A DNA stretch of 64,000 nucleotides from a virus (IMGVR_UViG_3300021579_000001:2404-66403), one strand, 5' to 3'; counted from the first letter of the stretch, positions 15,412 through 24,632 are shown. The notes: a model not told the origin generated them from the letters alone. Translations and numbers: made by a program.

Positions 15412-16310
15412 TACTCGCCTGCCCTGTACAACGCTGCTCTGCGCACCATTACATCGGCACTAGGTAGGTCTACCCCGTAAAGTGTTCTGGTGTCTGTGCT
15501 TACCCTAGATTTTGCTGCATGGCTAATCTCATGTAACATCTCCAACGTGCCGTTGCGCTTAGCTGCTTGCCATCGGTAGTTGTAAAAGTCGTCGTAGCCT
15601 TGGCCCTGTGGCCCAAATGCTTCTGAACGGTTATCATGGATTTGCTGGTGCAGGGCGTTAGCTTGCTGGTATGTTGCCAACAAGGTTGCCTCTGCGTTTT
15701 TTCTTTGAGGTCCAGGGTGCAAACCTTCTAGGTCTTGTATCGCTTTGGTGGCTCTGGTGTACGCAGTTTGAGTGGTTGCGTAATCTGACGATGCCACAGC
15801 TTCCCAATCAGGGTTAACTGGAGGGGTTCTATTAGGGTCTGGAGTGACAGTCCACTCATCGTACTTTAGGTCGTACGCAGCATAAGGTTTGATACTGGTG
15901 ATGTCTGTGGCTCTTGGGTTGACATAAAAGGTCAACTCGTAACCATTCCAGTTCTCTGTAGTTGGCTGCAACCCACTACGGAACTCCTCGTTCAGTTGTT
16001 GGCTAATTTCTTTGTCCGTCAAACCTCTGTACGCAGGGTTTGCTTGCCTAAACTGCACAAAATCTACACCGACCAAGCAATCCAAATCTCCTGGTTGGCG
16101 TGCTGCGCTCCACTGATACGACACCCCTGACCCTGCTAACCATGGGTGAGACCACAGTTCTGCATGGCGGTACTTTTTTGCGAAAAAATCGCTCAACAAA
16201 TGGTTGATGCCTTGGCGAACCCACGAACGCAGGGCTCTGCCTTGGAATAACTTAGGGTCTAACTCTTGTGAGGGCTCGCTGAAATACGAGGTAGGTAGGT
16301 AACTAGTCAT
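15411..16310 (-). CDS. Pol-beta-superfamily nucleotidyltransferase
   Basis: LAGSGVSYQW...GDLDCLV, third acidic residue in YELTFYV, helical C-terminal lobe. Confidence 0.8.
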   Translation of the reverse strand: MTSYLPTSYFSEPSQELDPKLFQGRALRSWVRQGINHLLSDFFAKKYRHAELWSHPWLAGSGVSYQWSAARQPGDLDCLVGVDFVQFRQANPAYRGLTDKEISQQLNEEFRSGLQPTTENWNGYELTFYVNPRATDITSIKPYAAYDLKYDEWTVTPDPNRTPPVNPDWEAVASSDYATTQTAYTRATKAIQDLEGLHPGPQRKNAEATLLATYQQANALHQQIHDNRSEAFGPQGQGYDDFYNYRWQAAKRNGTLEMLHEISHAAKSRVSTDTRTLYGVDLPSADVMVRRAALYRAGE

Positions 16311-16320
16311 ACCACCTAGT

Positions 16321-16617
16321 TTATTCTACGGGGGTAACGCTTTCGGGGTCAAACCCGCGCTTCTTCAAGGCATCACGAACTTTGTCCTGAGGGGTGGCAG
16401 GCTGTGCTGGTGCCAGAACCTGAACCAATCCTTGGATAACTTTGCTAGCAATCATGTCGCGTTCAAAATCATCTACAATCTGGCGTGAGGTCAGGTAAAT
16501 GTCAGTGATGGTAGCTTCGTGCTCTGCTTCAGGCAAAGTCTCAGGAACATCGGTGTAACTGGTTACGGTGCCATCGTTGTGCGAAACAATCAGATAATAA
16601 GTTTTTACTTCCGACAT
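16321..16617 (-). CDS. Hypothetical protein
   Basis: TAATG coupling in operon. Confidence 0.75.
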   Translation of the reverse strand: MSEVKTYYLIVSHNDGTVTSYTDVPETLPEAEHEATITDIYLTSRQIVDDFERDMIASKVIQGLVQVLAPAQPATPQDKVRDALKKRGFDPESVTPVE

Positions 16618-17186
16618 TAGCGGTAATCTCCTCGCATTGCGCGGTGCTTAGTAGTCATTACTGAATGCATTGGGCAAAAGTTACACACGTAAATCTTTGG
16701 TCCGTCTGCATGCTCAGGTTTAGGTAGGTTTAGGTCTGCACGTTCTTTAGCTGTGTTAGGGAGCAACCGCTTCTTAGGGCTGAGATAATCATCGCAGTGG
16801 TCATCAGGCTGCAAGTGGTACTTCCAACAGCTCATCGCATCTTCTGAGAACTGCATCTTAGTTTCGTAAAACGCTTTCTCAGGGTCAAGTTCGTCTAGAC
16901 CTGTGGAGCCTCCCTTAGCTAACTGCTCAAGGATGGCTTTACGCTGCTCGTAGTTGCCCCATGCACTTACGGGTACCTTGAACAACTTTCCTACGTGGGG
17001 TTCTCCTGAAGGGAACACGTGCTTCTCAATAGTGATTGCCAATAGGTAGTCTAGGTCTGATGGACCATCGTAATCAGGTAACTCTTCCCAGGTTTGGCAC
17101 ACTAGGCAACGGAGCAACCTAATCAGTGGGCCTGAGTGCTCTTTACTGCCGATTAACGGCTTACCGTAATCATCAATTGCTGGCAT
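16617..17186 (-). CDS. Hypothetical Zn-binding protein
   Basis: CLVC...H...H; C-x3-H...C; CNFC. Confidence 0.75.
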   Translation of the reverse strand: MPAIDDYGKPLIGSKEHSGPLIRLLRCLVCQTWEELPDYDGPSDLDYLLAITIEKHVFPSGEPHVGKLFKVPVSAWGNYEQRKAILEQLAKGGSTGLDELDPEKAFYETKMQFSEDAMSCWKYHLQPDDHCDDYLSPKKRLLPNTAKERADLNLPKPEHADGPKIYVCNFCPMHSVMTTKHRAMRGDYR

Positions 17187-17347
17187 TAGTTACTCCTGCG
17201 GTCTTCTCCACGAGTCCAAATGTACACTCCCAAATGTGGGCGCTCATTGGCTTTTTTAGCGTCTTCTGCGGTAGAGGTAACACGTTCACCTTTGGTGTTC
17301 ACCCATGAGTATACCCCTGGTGACACTTCAACAACTTTTTCATCCAT
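17186..17347 (-). CDS. 53-aa hypothetical, leaderless (not in ORF track)
   Basis: MDEKVVEVSPGVYSWVNTKGERV...; TAGTAT-6nt-ATG; TAATG overlap downstream. Confidence 0.6.
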   Translation of the reverse strand: MDEKVVEVSPGVYSWVNTKGERVTSTAEDAKKANERPHLGVYIWTRGEDRRSN

Positions 17348-17365
17348 GTACCCATACTAATACAA

Positions 17366-17389
17366 AAACCCTTCCCGTAGGAAGGGTTT
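17366..17389 (-). terminator. Intrinsic terminator with UACG tetraloop
   Basis: AAACCCTTCC-TACG-GGAAGGGTTT-TT on minus strand. Confidence 0.8.
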
Positions 17390-17410
17390 AAGTAAAAACT
17401 GATTACAGAA

Positions 17411-17623
17411 CTATTTACCTGGGTTAACCATGTTGGTAGTAGGGTACTCGGTGGTAGCAAAACCATACCCATAGAATGGGTGTAGGGTCTGCTTGTTGTC
17501 GATAGTTTTCTCGTGGCCTTCGTGGTCCAGCACCTCGGTGTCAGGGCGAATTTTACGGTACTTTCCGTCAGTTGTGCCCTCGTGTAGGCTTTCGTTCATT
17601 GAACGGCTAGTGTTTACTGACAT
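17411..17623 (-). CDS. Hypothetical protein
   Basis: AAGGAG RBS. Confidence 0.7.
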   Translation of the reverse strand: MSVNTSRSMNESLHEGTTDGKYRKIRPDTEVLDHEGHEKTIDNKQTLHPFYGYGFATTEYPTTNMVNPGK

Positions 17624-17633
17624 TGGTAACTCC

Positions 17634-18395
17634 TTAGTTAATTGAATCTACGTACTTTTGAACCGTGGACTGGTCGCTACCTTCACCATAATCATGCACA
17701 AAACTTGGCAATGCTTGGTTCAAGTTAGTTGAGCGGACTAGGGTTCGGGCTGCATCCTTATTGTGGTTAGCTGCAACGCCCAGCAATGCCGCTGCGCCTG
17801 AGCCGTCACCCTTACGGTGTGCTTTCCATGCGTCTAGTGTGGCTGACTGGGCGCTGTTTAGGAACTTGCTGATTTTAGCGTGAACATCTGGCGTGATTCC
17901 CTGAAGTTCTAGGTGGCTATTTGCAATAGAACGAATGTTATCCGTAGCAGTACCATTGAAATGGTTGTAATCGTGGTGCGGCTCATTGGTGTTAGCAAGC
18001 GTTGCCTGAGGTGTTGGGGTACCGTACTGTGCGTCTACCTTAGATTGCAGGGTGGCAATCTTCTTCTTAAAAGCTTTAGCTTCCGCAAGGTCAGCACTAG
18101 TAGGTTGGCGAGAAGAGTTGATTGGTGGGTGCTCCCAGAAAGAGGAATCAACTTTGTTCTGCGCTTTTTTTCTAGCTTTATAGGCTGTGTCAGTGACTCT
18201 TAGCGCAGCTTTTTGTTCTGCAGTCTTTACTCGAGTCTTTGGGGCAGGTGCTGGGGCAGCTTTTACTGCACCTTTCTTAGCCGCAGGTTTAGCTGCGGTT
18301 GCCTTAGCAGCAGGCTTTGCAGGAGCTTTCTTCTCTACCACTACTTTAGTGTTTTGCTTTGCCGCGGCTAGCGCAGCCTCTACAGTGAATGCCAT
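17634..18395 (-). CDS. Hypothetical protein with histone-H1-like P/A/K N-terminus and helical C-terminal domain
   Basis: KKAPAKPAAKATAAKPAAKK. Confidence 0.75.
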   Translation of the reverse strand: MAFTVEAALAAAKQNTKVVVEKKAPAKPAAKATAAKPAAKKGAVKAAPAPAPKTRVKTAEQKAALRVTDTAYKARKKAQNKVDSSFWEHPPINSSRQPTSADLAEAKAFKKKIATLQSKVDAQYGTPTPQATLANTNEPHHDYNHFNGTATDNIRSIANSHLELQGITPDVHAKISKFLNSAQSATLDAWKAHRKGDGSGAAALLGVAANHNKDAARTLVRSTNLNQALPSFVHDYGEGSDQSTVQKYVDSIN

Positions 18396-18399
18396 TTAC

Positions 18400-20691
18400 T
18401 TATCCTTTTGGAAATGTTGCCTTTAGTTCTTCAAAGTTGTTAGGAATAGCTACGCGCTGTCCTTTTAGGTACTTCTCAGGATTCTTTTTAGCTTGGCTGT
18501 TATTCCATGCTTGGTTAGCTGCAGCAGCTTTCTCAGAAGTTTCCTGAGTGATGAGTCGGTGTGAGTATGCCCAGGTCTTGTGAGCTTTAGTGCCTTTTCT
18601 AGGCTCAGCACCAAGGGCGGCTCTACGAGTCTGCCCTTCTGCCAAAGCCGCATCAACTGCGGTTCTAACGCCAGGGTTTGCTAGGTGGAAGTGAGTGTGA
18701 GCTGCTGCCTGAATAGCTGCAGTGCGCTCTTCCTCAGGAGTTAGGCTACCAGTTGGGATGTTAGATGGAGTGCTGGCTGGGTTGTGAGTGGTGTAACGTT
18801 TAGTGCCAGCAATTTCAGTAGGTAAAGTAGAAATTCTACCTTCATCGGTAGTAACCGTCTGACCACTTGGGCTACGTTCAACGTCCTCTGGGTGAATGAG
18901 GTTGTACGCGCTAGAGGCTAGCCCAGCTCCAAACTCTGAAGTTCTGGTAGCTTTAGGGGCCACAGGAGCAAACCCACCACGCTCACGGATTTGGCTTTCA
19001 AGAACAGCTTTAGCAGCAGGGTTGCTGTCATAGTCAATAGGCTTCTTCGAATCAGCATCATACCCAAACTTAGACCGCTGGATTTCCGCAGCCTGCTCAA
19101 GCGCATTCCCCCTTCTACCTGCCTTGCTGGCGTTGATTCCAATTTGCGCGTGAAGCTCTTGGCGGGCTTTAGCAGCAGTTTCTTCTGCAGAAAGAGCTGG
19201 AACTCCTTGAGTAGAACCAGATGAGGCACCTTGTTGGGCTGCTCGTTCGCGTTGAACTGACTCGGAACGAGCAGTTTGCTCCGCTATCGCTGCACGGATT
19301 CTCTCACTCTGCGCAGCTTGGAACCCTGGACGGGCAGCTTCACGAGCAGCGTTTGCTTCATCTGCCGTTTTCTGCTGTTTAGCGGTCAAAGGCTTAGGGT
19401 TAATTCTCTCTTGTACCAATGGGTGAGTAATAGGCAACCCTGGAGTAGAAGTATCCGCCTGCACCCTCAATGGGTTCTCGCTAACAATCGACGCCATCTT
19501 AGGGAGGTTTGATGAACGATTGCCTCGCTTGAAAGCCTGTCGAGTTATGTCATAGGCAGAAATAGCCTCCATACCTTTAGCAAGGTCCAGTTTATTAGGA
19601 ACCCCACCGTTAAGGTCTGAGTCAACTTGTCCAATGATTCCTGAGCCTGGCTTACCTTTACTAGAGGCTTTGCCCACAATGTTAGAAATTAAGTCAGCTC
19701 CATTAGCTGCCTTAAAGTCTGGGTGGTGGTCTTCCAAGGTATTGGCTGCGGACTTAATGCTTTCAGAAGCTTGGCGCAAGTGGGTAACTAGGCCTGGAGA
19801 GCTTGTGTCGTACTTGCTATCTGCTGGCGCACCTCTTCTAGTGCTTCTCAAGTTTGATGGGTCCATAGCTGGTCCATCGTTAAATCTTCCCTCTAGGTAA
19901 GCGATACCCGCATTACCGATAGAGTTATTGGCTCTGCGTAGGTGACCGCGCAAAGTGGCGTATTCTGCGCTGTTTCCTTTAGGGTCCAACTCATTTAGGT
20001 GGTTTTCCAAAAGGTCGTGCAAAGCTCCGAGTGAGGCCATAGGGTCTGAGCTTAAGCGCTTGTGGTTAGGACCAGTGTACATCTCTGTTACAGGAGCGAG
20101 GCCTGGTCTATCGGCAACTTTTTTGCCAAGCCAGCTCTGTTCACTTACGTTCCAGTGACCCTGACTGTTGTCAACAGGAGCAGCATCTTCAGCCTTTTTC
20201 TTTTTTATGTAGCCTTGAGCTCTAGAGCCACCATAGTTTTGTGCACTTTTAGCACTTTCGTAGTGAGCCTGCTCTTCTTCAGGGGTCGAAGCATACTCGG
20301 CAAATGTTCCTGCTCTGCGGTGGTCTTCAATCTCGTCATCAGACATGCCTCTGAACTGTTTAAAAAACTTTGCTTTAGCGTTCTTAGTAGTTTGTTCGTT
20401 AGTACTCTTGGTAAACTTTTTTCCACCTAAAGGAACTTGAACACCGCTACCAAAACTAGCCCCAGCACCTTGTAGAGTCTTAACAACTGACCTTACAGTT
20501 GTGTCCTTTACTCGTGAAACTGTGCCATCGGCATTGCGCTTGGCAGTGACTGGCTTTGAGCTTTGGCCCAGAATAGCCGTAGTTGCTTCTACTTTTTTAG
20601 ATTTTGGGCGTGAACGCTTTAGCCCGTCAATGATGGCCTTGTCTTCTTTAGGGTTTACATCGCCTTCGCGGTTGAAATCTTCAGCAGCCAT
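18400..20691 (-). CDS. Large low-complexity protein (possible internal virion/ejection protein)
   Basis: 763-aa A/S/G/K-rich ORF with no Cys, coupled to neighbours. Confidence 0.7.
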   Translation of the reverse strand: MAAEDFNREGDVNPKEDKAIIDGLKRSRPKSKKVEATTAILGQSSKPVTAKRNADGTVSRVKDTTVRSVVKTLQGAGASFGSGVQVPLGGKKFTKSTNEQTTKNAKAKFFKQFRGMSDDEIEDHRRAGTFAEYASTPEEEQAHYESAKSAQNYGGSRAQGYIKKKKAEDAAPVDNSQGHWNVSEQSWLGKKVADRPGLAPVTEMYTGPNHKRLSSDPMASLGALHDLLENHLNELDPKGNSAEYATLRGHLRRANNSIGNAGIAYLEGRFNDGPAMDPSNLRSTRRGAPADSKYDTSSPGLVTHLRQASESIKSAANTLEDHHPDFKAANGADLISNIVGKASSKGKPGSGIIGQVDSDLNGGVPNKLDLAKGMEAISAYDITRQAFKRGNRSSNLPKMASIVSENPLRVQADTSTPGLPITHPLVQERINPKPLTAKQQKTADEANAAREAARPGFQAAQSERIRAAIAEQTARSESVQRERAAQQGASSGSTQGVPALSAEETAAKARQELHAQIGINASKAGRRGNALEQAAEIQRSKFGYDADSKKPIDYDSNPAAKAVLESQIRERGGFAPVAPKATRTSEFGAGLASSAYNLIHPEDVERSPSGQTVTTDEGRISTLPTEIAGTKRYTTHNPASTPSNIPTGSLTPEEERTAAIQAAAHTHFHLANPGVRTAVDAALAEGQTRRAALGAEPRKGTKAHKTWAYSHRLITQETSEKAAAANQAWNNSQAKKNPEKYLKGQRVAIPNNFEELKATFPKG

Positions 20692-20909
20692 TAGACCATT
20701 TTTCCTTTAACTCTTTTAGCTCTACGGGAATCCCCACATGGAGGGCACAGACCTAGGGTGCTGTACATAAATTCTGTAGGGTTCATGATGATGCCACACT
20801 GTGGGCACATCCTACTGCCTCTATACATAGTACCATTTGTATTGGCTACATTTTTGGCAATCTTAAACGCCTGTAACTCTAGGGTCTCTGCCCCATCACC
20901 ATCAAACAT
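20691..20909 (-). CDS. Zn-ribbon protein
   Basis: CPQC...CPPC; start moved to ATG 20909 overlapping upstream stop. Confidence 0.6.
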   Translation of the reverse strand: MFDGDGAETLELQAFKIAKNVANTNGTMYRGSRMCPQCGIIMNPTEFMYSTLGLCPPCGDSRRAKRVKGKMV

Positions 20910-22602
20910 TTCTACCCTTAGGTTTACGAGTACGTTTAGGCTTAGGCTTAGCTTCCTCAGCGTTGCGCTCACGAGCACTGGGGGCAGAAACTTGAGCGTT
21001 GTACTCGTCGTAAGCCGCTTTTTGCGCGTCAGTCATACCAGGCTTAGTGCGGCCTAGTCGTTCCATAACCTGAGCGCGACGCTCTTCACGAGTGCCCGAA
21101 ATGGCGGGCTTTACGTCTGCAGCTGAGTTTGAAGGCACCGCTGTAGCTCGGCCTCTCTCAGTTTCAACAGGAATTCCCACGCGAACTAGGGTACCGTTTA
21201 CTCGTCTATACGCAGGTTTGCCATCAGCGGTTACCTGCTCTTCAAAAGGAATTTTGACAGGCTTGTTACTGCTCACAGATACAGGCTCCGAGGCCATTTC
21301 ACCGCTATTAAATCTACTTCTAGAAGGCTTACCAGAGGTTTCCCCACTGCTCCACCCGCCACGCATAGCGTCTTCATTGATGGTTCGCCCTGTCTGGGCT
21401 TCCTTCATGTACTTTCTAATCTTTAGATAGTCTTGGTGTTGCTTAGATGCTTCGGGGTGCGCTGCTAGCCAGTCTTTATCCGCGGTGTCACTGAGCGCGT
21501 ATTGACGCAAAGCTGCAGGCGAACCAGCTCGAGCACGAGGGTTACCAATCCAGACATGCCCAGGTTTTGACAACCCTCCTTGAGGGTGGTCTTCTTGAAC
21601 ACTTCCATAGTCGTTCTTGACTACGCCCATGTCACCTAGGTTATCGGCAACCTGAGTGATTCCCTGCTTTGAAACTCCAGAAGGTAGAACTCCTAGTTTT
21701 CCTAGAGGGGTTCGTGAAAGTCTAGTGAGCTCTCGGGTTAGGTGAGACGCAGCACGACGAATGTGGCTAGCTGCTAGGTCTGTGTTTGAGTTTGCGTTAG
21801 CTTTTTTAGCTGCAGAAAGATAGCTGTCTGCTTCTACAAGGTCATTACCAGAAACGTCAGGTCTGCCACCCGATGTACGCCCATTGTTGGTTAGCTCTAG
21901 AGCATCCACAAGGTTTTTCACATGGGCAGCATGAGGCTTGCCAATAACTGCGCCAAGAGTTCTTGCTTGGGTGACGTGGTGCGCAATTTCTCTATTAGCA
22001 ATGCCAACTCTGTCTGAGATGTGCTGTCTAATGGCAGCGTGGGCAGCTGTTAGCGCAGCAATAGCTTCAGTAGTACCTGTCTGCTTAAATGATGCAGGCT
22101 CTCCAGAACCCTCTACTCCTGCTCTTGCTACAGAAATTTTATCAGAGATTAGTTGCTTCTGTTCCGCTGCAAGGTGCTTGTCACTAGGCCCAGCAGATTC
22201 TGCTGCGTTTCCGATAACTACGTCTTCTTTTACTGCGGCTCTTCTGTTTCGGTAGCCTGCTACGGCAGGAATCGCAGCATCTCCAGAGGTTCTGCGACTT
22301 GGTGAAGAAGGCGTTTCACCACTAATGGTTAGCCTAGGGTTGCTACCCGCAATAGACAGCCCCTCTAAGTGGGTGTTCTGTTGACGTGGAGTTAGAGAGG
22401 CGAACTCGTCAGCAGTAATGTATGGGGTACCGATACGCTGGGTTACCTGAGGGTAAATCTTTTGCATGTGAGCAATTTGGTCACCTCTGGAAAGGCCACC
22501 AAACTCTTCTTGAGTAATTTTTGGGTCACCAATACGTGAGGCATCTACTGCACCTGTGTGTTTGCTAACAGTGCCCTTAAAGACGTCTGAATTGCCTGCC
22601 AT
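20902..22602 (-). CDS. Large low-complexity protein (possible internal virion protein)
   Basis: 566-aa A/G/S-rich ORF with no Cys, basic C-terminus. Confidence 0.7.
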   Translation of the reverse strand: MAGNSDVFKGTVSKHTGAVDASRIGDPKITQEEFGGLSRGDQIAHMQKIYPQVTQRIGTPYITADEFASLTPRQQNTHLEGLSIAGSNPRLTISGETPSSPSRRTSGDAAIPAVAGYRNRRAAVKEDVVIGNAAESAGPSDKHLAAEQKQLISDKISVARAGVEGSGEPASFKQTGTTEAIAALTAAHAAIRQHISDRVGIANREIAHHVTQARTLGAVIGKPHAAHVKNLVDALELTNNGRTSGGRPDVSGNDLVEADSYLSAAKKANANSNTDLAASHIRRAASHLTRELTRLSRTPLGKLGVLPSGVSKQGITQVADNLGDMGVVKNDYGSVQEDHPQGGLSKPGHVWIGNPRARAGSPAALRQYALSDTADKDWLAAHPEASKQHQDYLKIRKYMKEAQTGRTINEDAMRGGWSSGETSGKPSRSRFNSGEMASEPVSVSSNKPVKIPFEEQVTADGKPAYRRVNGTLVRVGIPVETERGRATAVPSNSAADVKPAISGTREERRAQVMERLGRTKPGMTDAQKAAYDEYNAQVSAPSARERNAEEAKPKPKRTRKPKGRNV

Positions 22603-22976
22603 TAGTCAGCTCCTAAGCTATTTCTACTGCTTCCCGAGTAGCCCGCTGGGCTTCCGCTATACCACGAGATTCGTGGTTCAGTGTACACTCGGTCTAAACT
22701 TACGACATCGTCAATGTCTGGTTGAGTCCTAAACCCAAACCCAAATCTATCTGGAAACAAACGAATTTGAGGTAAAGGAGGTCGAACAAGTTCCTGCAGC
22801 TGGGCTCCTGGCATTGTTGCCGCTAGCAGAGCTTGCTGGGTCAGACGTTCCATGTTTGATGCCCAAGGACCATTATACGTCCATTTAGGTTGAGCTTCGC
22901 TGTAACTATCTTCTGAAGGGGTTCCAGTAACCCAAGGCTTAGTGTAGTCGTATCTTCCGTCAGTCATTATGACCAC
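22602..22976 (-). CDS. Hypothetical protein
   Basis: Overlapping operon ORF. Confidence 0.7.
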   Translation of the reverse strand: MVIMTDGRYDYTKPWVTGTPSEDSYSEAQPKWTYNGPWASNMERLTQQALLAATMPGAQLQELVRPPLPQIRLFPDRFGFGFRTQPDIDDVVSLDRVYTEPRISWYSGSPAGYSGSSRNSLGAD

Positions 22977-23491
22977 ACAGGTTTTAGGTACGCCATTGCG
23001 TTAGCACGCTGAACGTTGATGGTTGTAGCGTTACCTACAGTGTTAGCTTTGCCATCGTTGACCAAATGTGGCGCAGGAACTAACCGCAAGTTTTGACCTT
23101 GACGAGGAACTCGATATGTTCCAGAGGTTGGGTCGTACTTAGCTTTAGACTCTCTTTGAATGCCCATTTTGTCGTTGAACTCTGAAGGCCAGAAGTACAT
23201 AGATGGCTCAATGCGCTCACCTTTGTGCACTCCACGCTGGTATGACTTTTGGCCAATACGACTTTTTATTGAATCAAGGATTCGGTCGTCACGACGTGAG
23301 CGAATAGTGCCTAAGTAACCATCAGGGTATTCCGCAGAAGGTACTCGACCAGTTCCAATACGGATAGCGTCCAGTTCACCACGTGCAACAGCTCCACCGT
23401 AACCACCTTGGTTATTGTACCCTTGCATGCCATTGCCGCCAAGGGATTGCCAGTTTTGGTTAGGGCTATAGTTGTTTACTGGACCAGCCAT
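22967..23491 (-). CDS. Hypothetical protein, G/N/Q-rich N-terminus
   Basis: 174-aa ORF in operon. Confidence 0.75.
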   Translation of the reverse strand: MAGPVNNYSPNQNWQSLGGNGMQGYNNQGGYGGAVARGELDAIRIGTGRVPSAEYPDGYLGTIRSRRDDRILDSIKSRIGQKSYQRGVHKGERIEPSMYFWPSEFNDKMGIQRESKAKYDPTSGTYRVPRQGQNLRLVPAPHLVNDGKANTVGNATTINVQRANAMAYLKPVWS

Positions 23492-23493
23492 TT

Positions 23494-23823
23494 TTAGTAG
23501 TCGCTTTCGCCTTCACCTGCAGGGTGTAATGGGTTTCTAGTCATGCCTGATGGACCAGATACTGGGTGGAAAGGGTTTGCGCCCATGCTACTAGACTTAG
23601 CTCCGTACAACGCAGTCGAAGTCTCAAGTCCATGAGATTGAACCTTGCCTTCATGAAGCTGCTTAGTGCTAAACACAAAGCTCTGGCTAGAAGCGTTACC
23701 TGACTGGTAGCCTGCGCCAGAGTGAGCCCCATTGTACGGGGAAATGTCATTACTGCCAGTTACAACTGAATGGTCTGACCCAGTAACAATTCGTCTAGAT
23801 ACGTTCGGGTTGAAACCAGTCAC
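23494..23823 (-). CDS. Hypothetical S/G-rich protein
   Basis: Operon ORF. Confidence 0.7.
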   Translation of the reverse strand: MTGFNPNVSRRIVTGSDHSVVTGSNDISPYNGAHSGAGYQSGNASSQSFVFSTKQLHEGKVQSHGLETSTALYGAKSSSMGANPFHPVSGPSGMTRNPLHPAGEGESDY

Positions 23824-23825
23824 GA

Positions 23826-24248
23826 TTACTGCTCTGCTAGCTGGTTTTCCTGTGTAAAGTTGTTTACGCTACCAGGAACCGCAGGGATAATGCGTGCGCT
23901 TGCCATGGTAGGACCTACGGTAGGGTCAACTACTGAGATACCTGTGTTTGGCTGGATGCGGTAAGTTGCGCCAACTCGCTCGATGTTCTGACGGTTAACT
24001 TTGCTACCAGGGTTGGTAGGGTCACCAGCCTGGACATTGTGACGAGGAACTGGGGTGCCAGTCAAAGCAGGGGCTGCTGCAGCTGGGCCAATAGGAACGC
24101 GTACACTGTTTGCTGCAGCTGCAGCGTCGTAGTGCTCGTCTGAGGTGTTGTGCATACGGGCCATCGATTTACCTGCCGCTTCTGTGTAAGATGATTTGAT
24201 TCCTGAACGACGACGCATGCCGTGCCCAGTGCTAAATTGAGTTGCCAT
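23826..24248 (-). CDS. Hypothetical P/A-rich protein
   Basis: AAAGGAG RBS; first gene of block. Confidence 0.75.
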   Translation of the reverse strand: MATQFSTGHGMRRRSGIKSSYTEAAGKSMARMHNTSDEHYDAAAAANSVRVPIGPAAAAPALTGTPVPRHNVQAGDPTNPGSKVNRQNIERVGATYRIQPNTGISVVDPTVGPTMASARIIPAVPGSVNNFTQENQLAEQ

Positions 24249-24283
24249 AAAAGCTCCTTTATCTATCTAATAGTAAGGGTTTT

Positions 24284-24577
24284 TTACTTAGCTGTAAGGT
24301 CAAAAATTATTGCGGAAATCTTGCCTTCGTGGCTTTCGATTTCAGTAAATCCAGGCTTGCATGTCAAGTCTAAACCTCTTGGGGCAACGTACCCTCTGGC
24401 AATAGCGATTGCTTTTACTGCTTGGTTTACCGCACTTGCGCCAACAGCACGTAGTTTTACCTGACGAGCGTCATAGATGGCGTGGGCGATTGCTGATGCT
24501 ACGGATTGTGGGTTAGAGCCTCCGCCTACACGCAAAAATGGTTCTTCTGTAGAGGGTACGGCAGTTATTTCAGTCAA
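24284..24577 (-). CDS. spoVS: Stage V sporulation protein S (SpoVS) family protein
   Basis: LRV...SNP-x-SVA-x-AIA...L-x-AVGA-x-AVNQAVKAIAIARG-x-VAP-x-G-x-DL-x-C-x-P-x-F; TTG start. Confidence 0.92.
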   Translation of the reverse strand: MTEITAVPSTEEPFLRVGGGSNPQSVASAIAHAIYDARQVKLRAVGASAVNQAVKAIAIARGYVAPRGLDLTCKPGFTEIESHEGKISAIIFDLTAK

Positions 24578-24632
24578 GTTGTAGTCCTTAATAGTACGGG
24601 TTATGCGCCATCCTCATACTAAGGATACAGGG

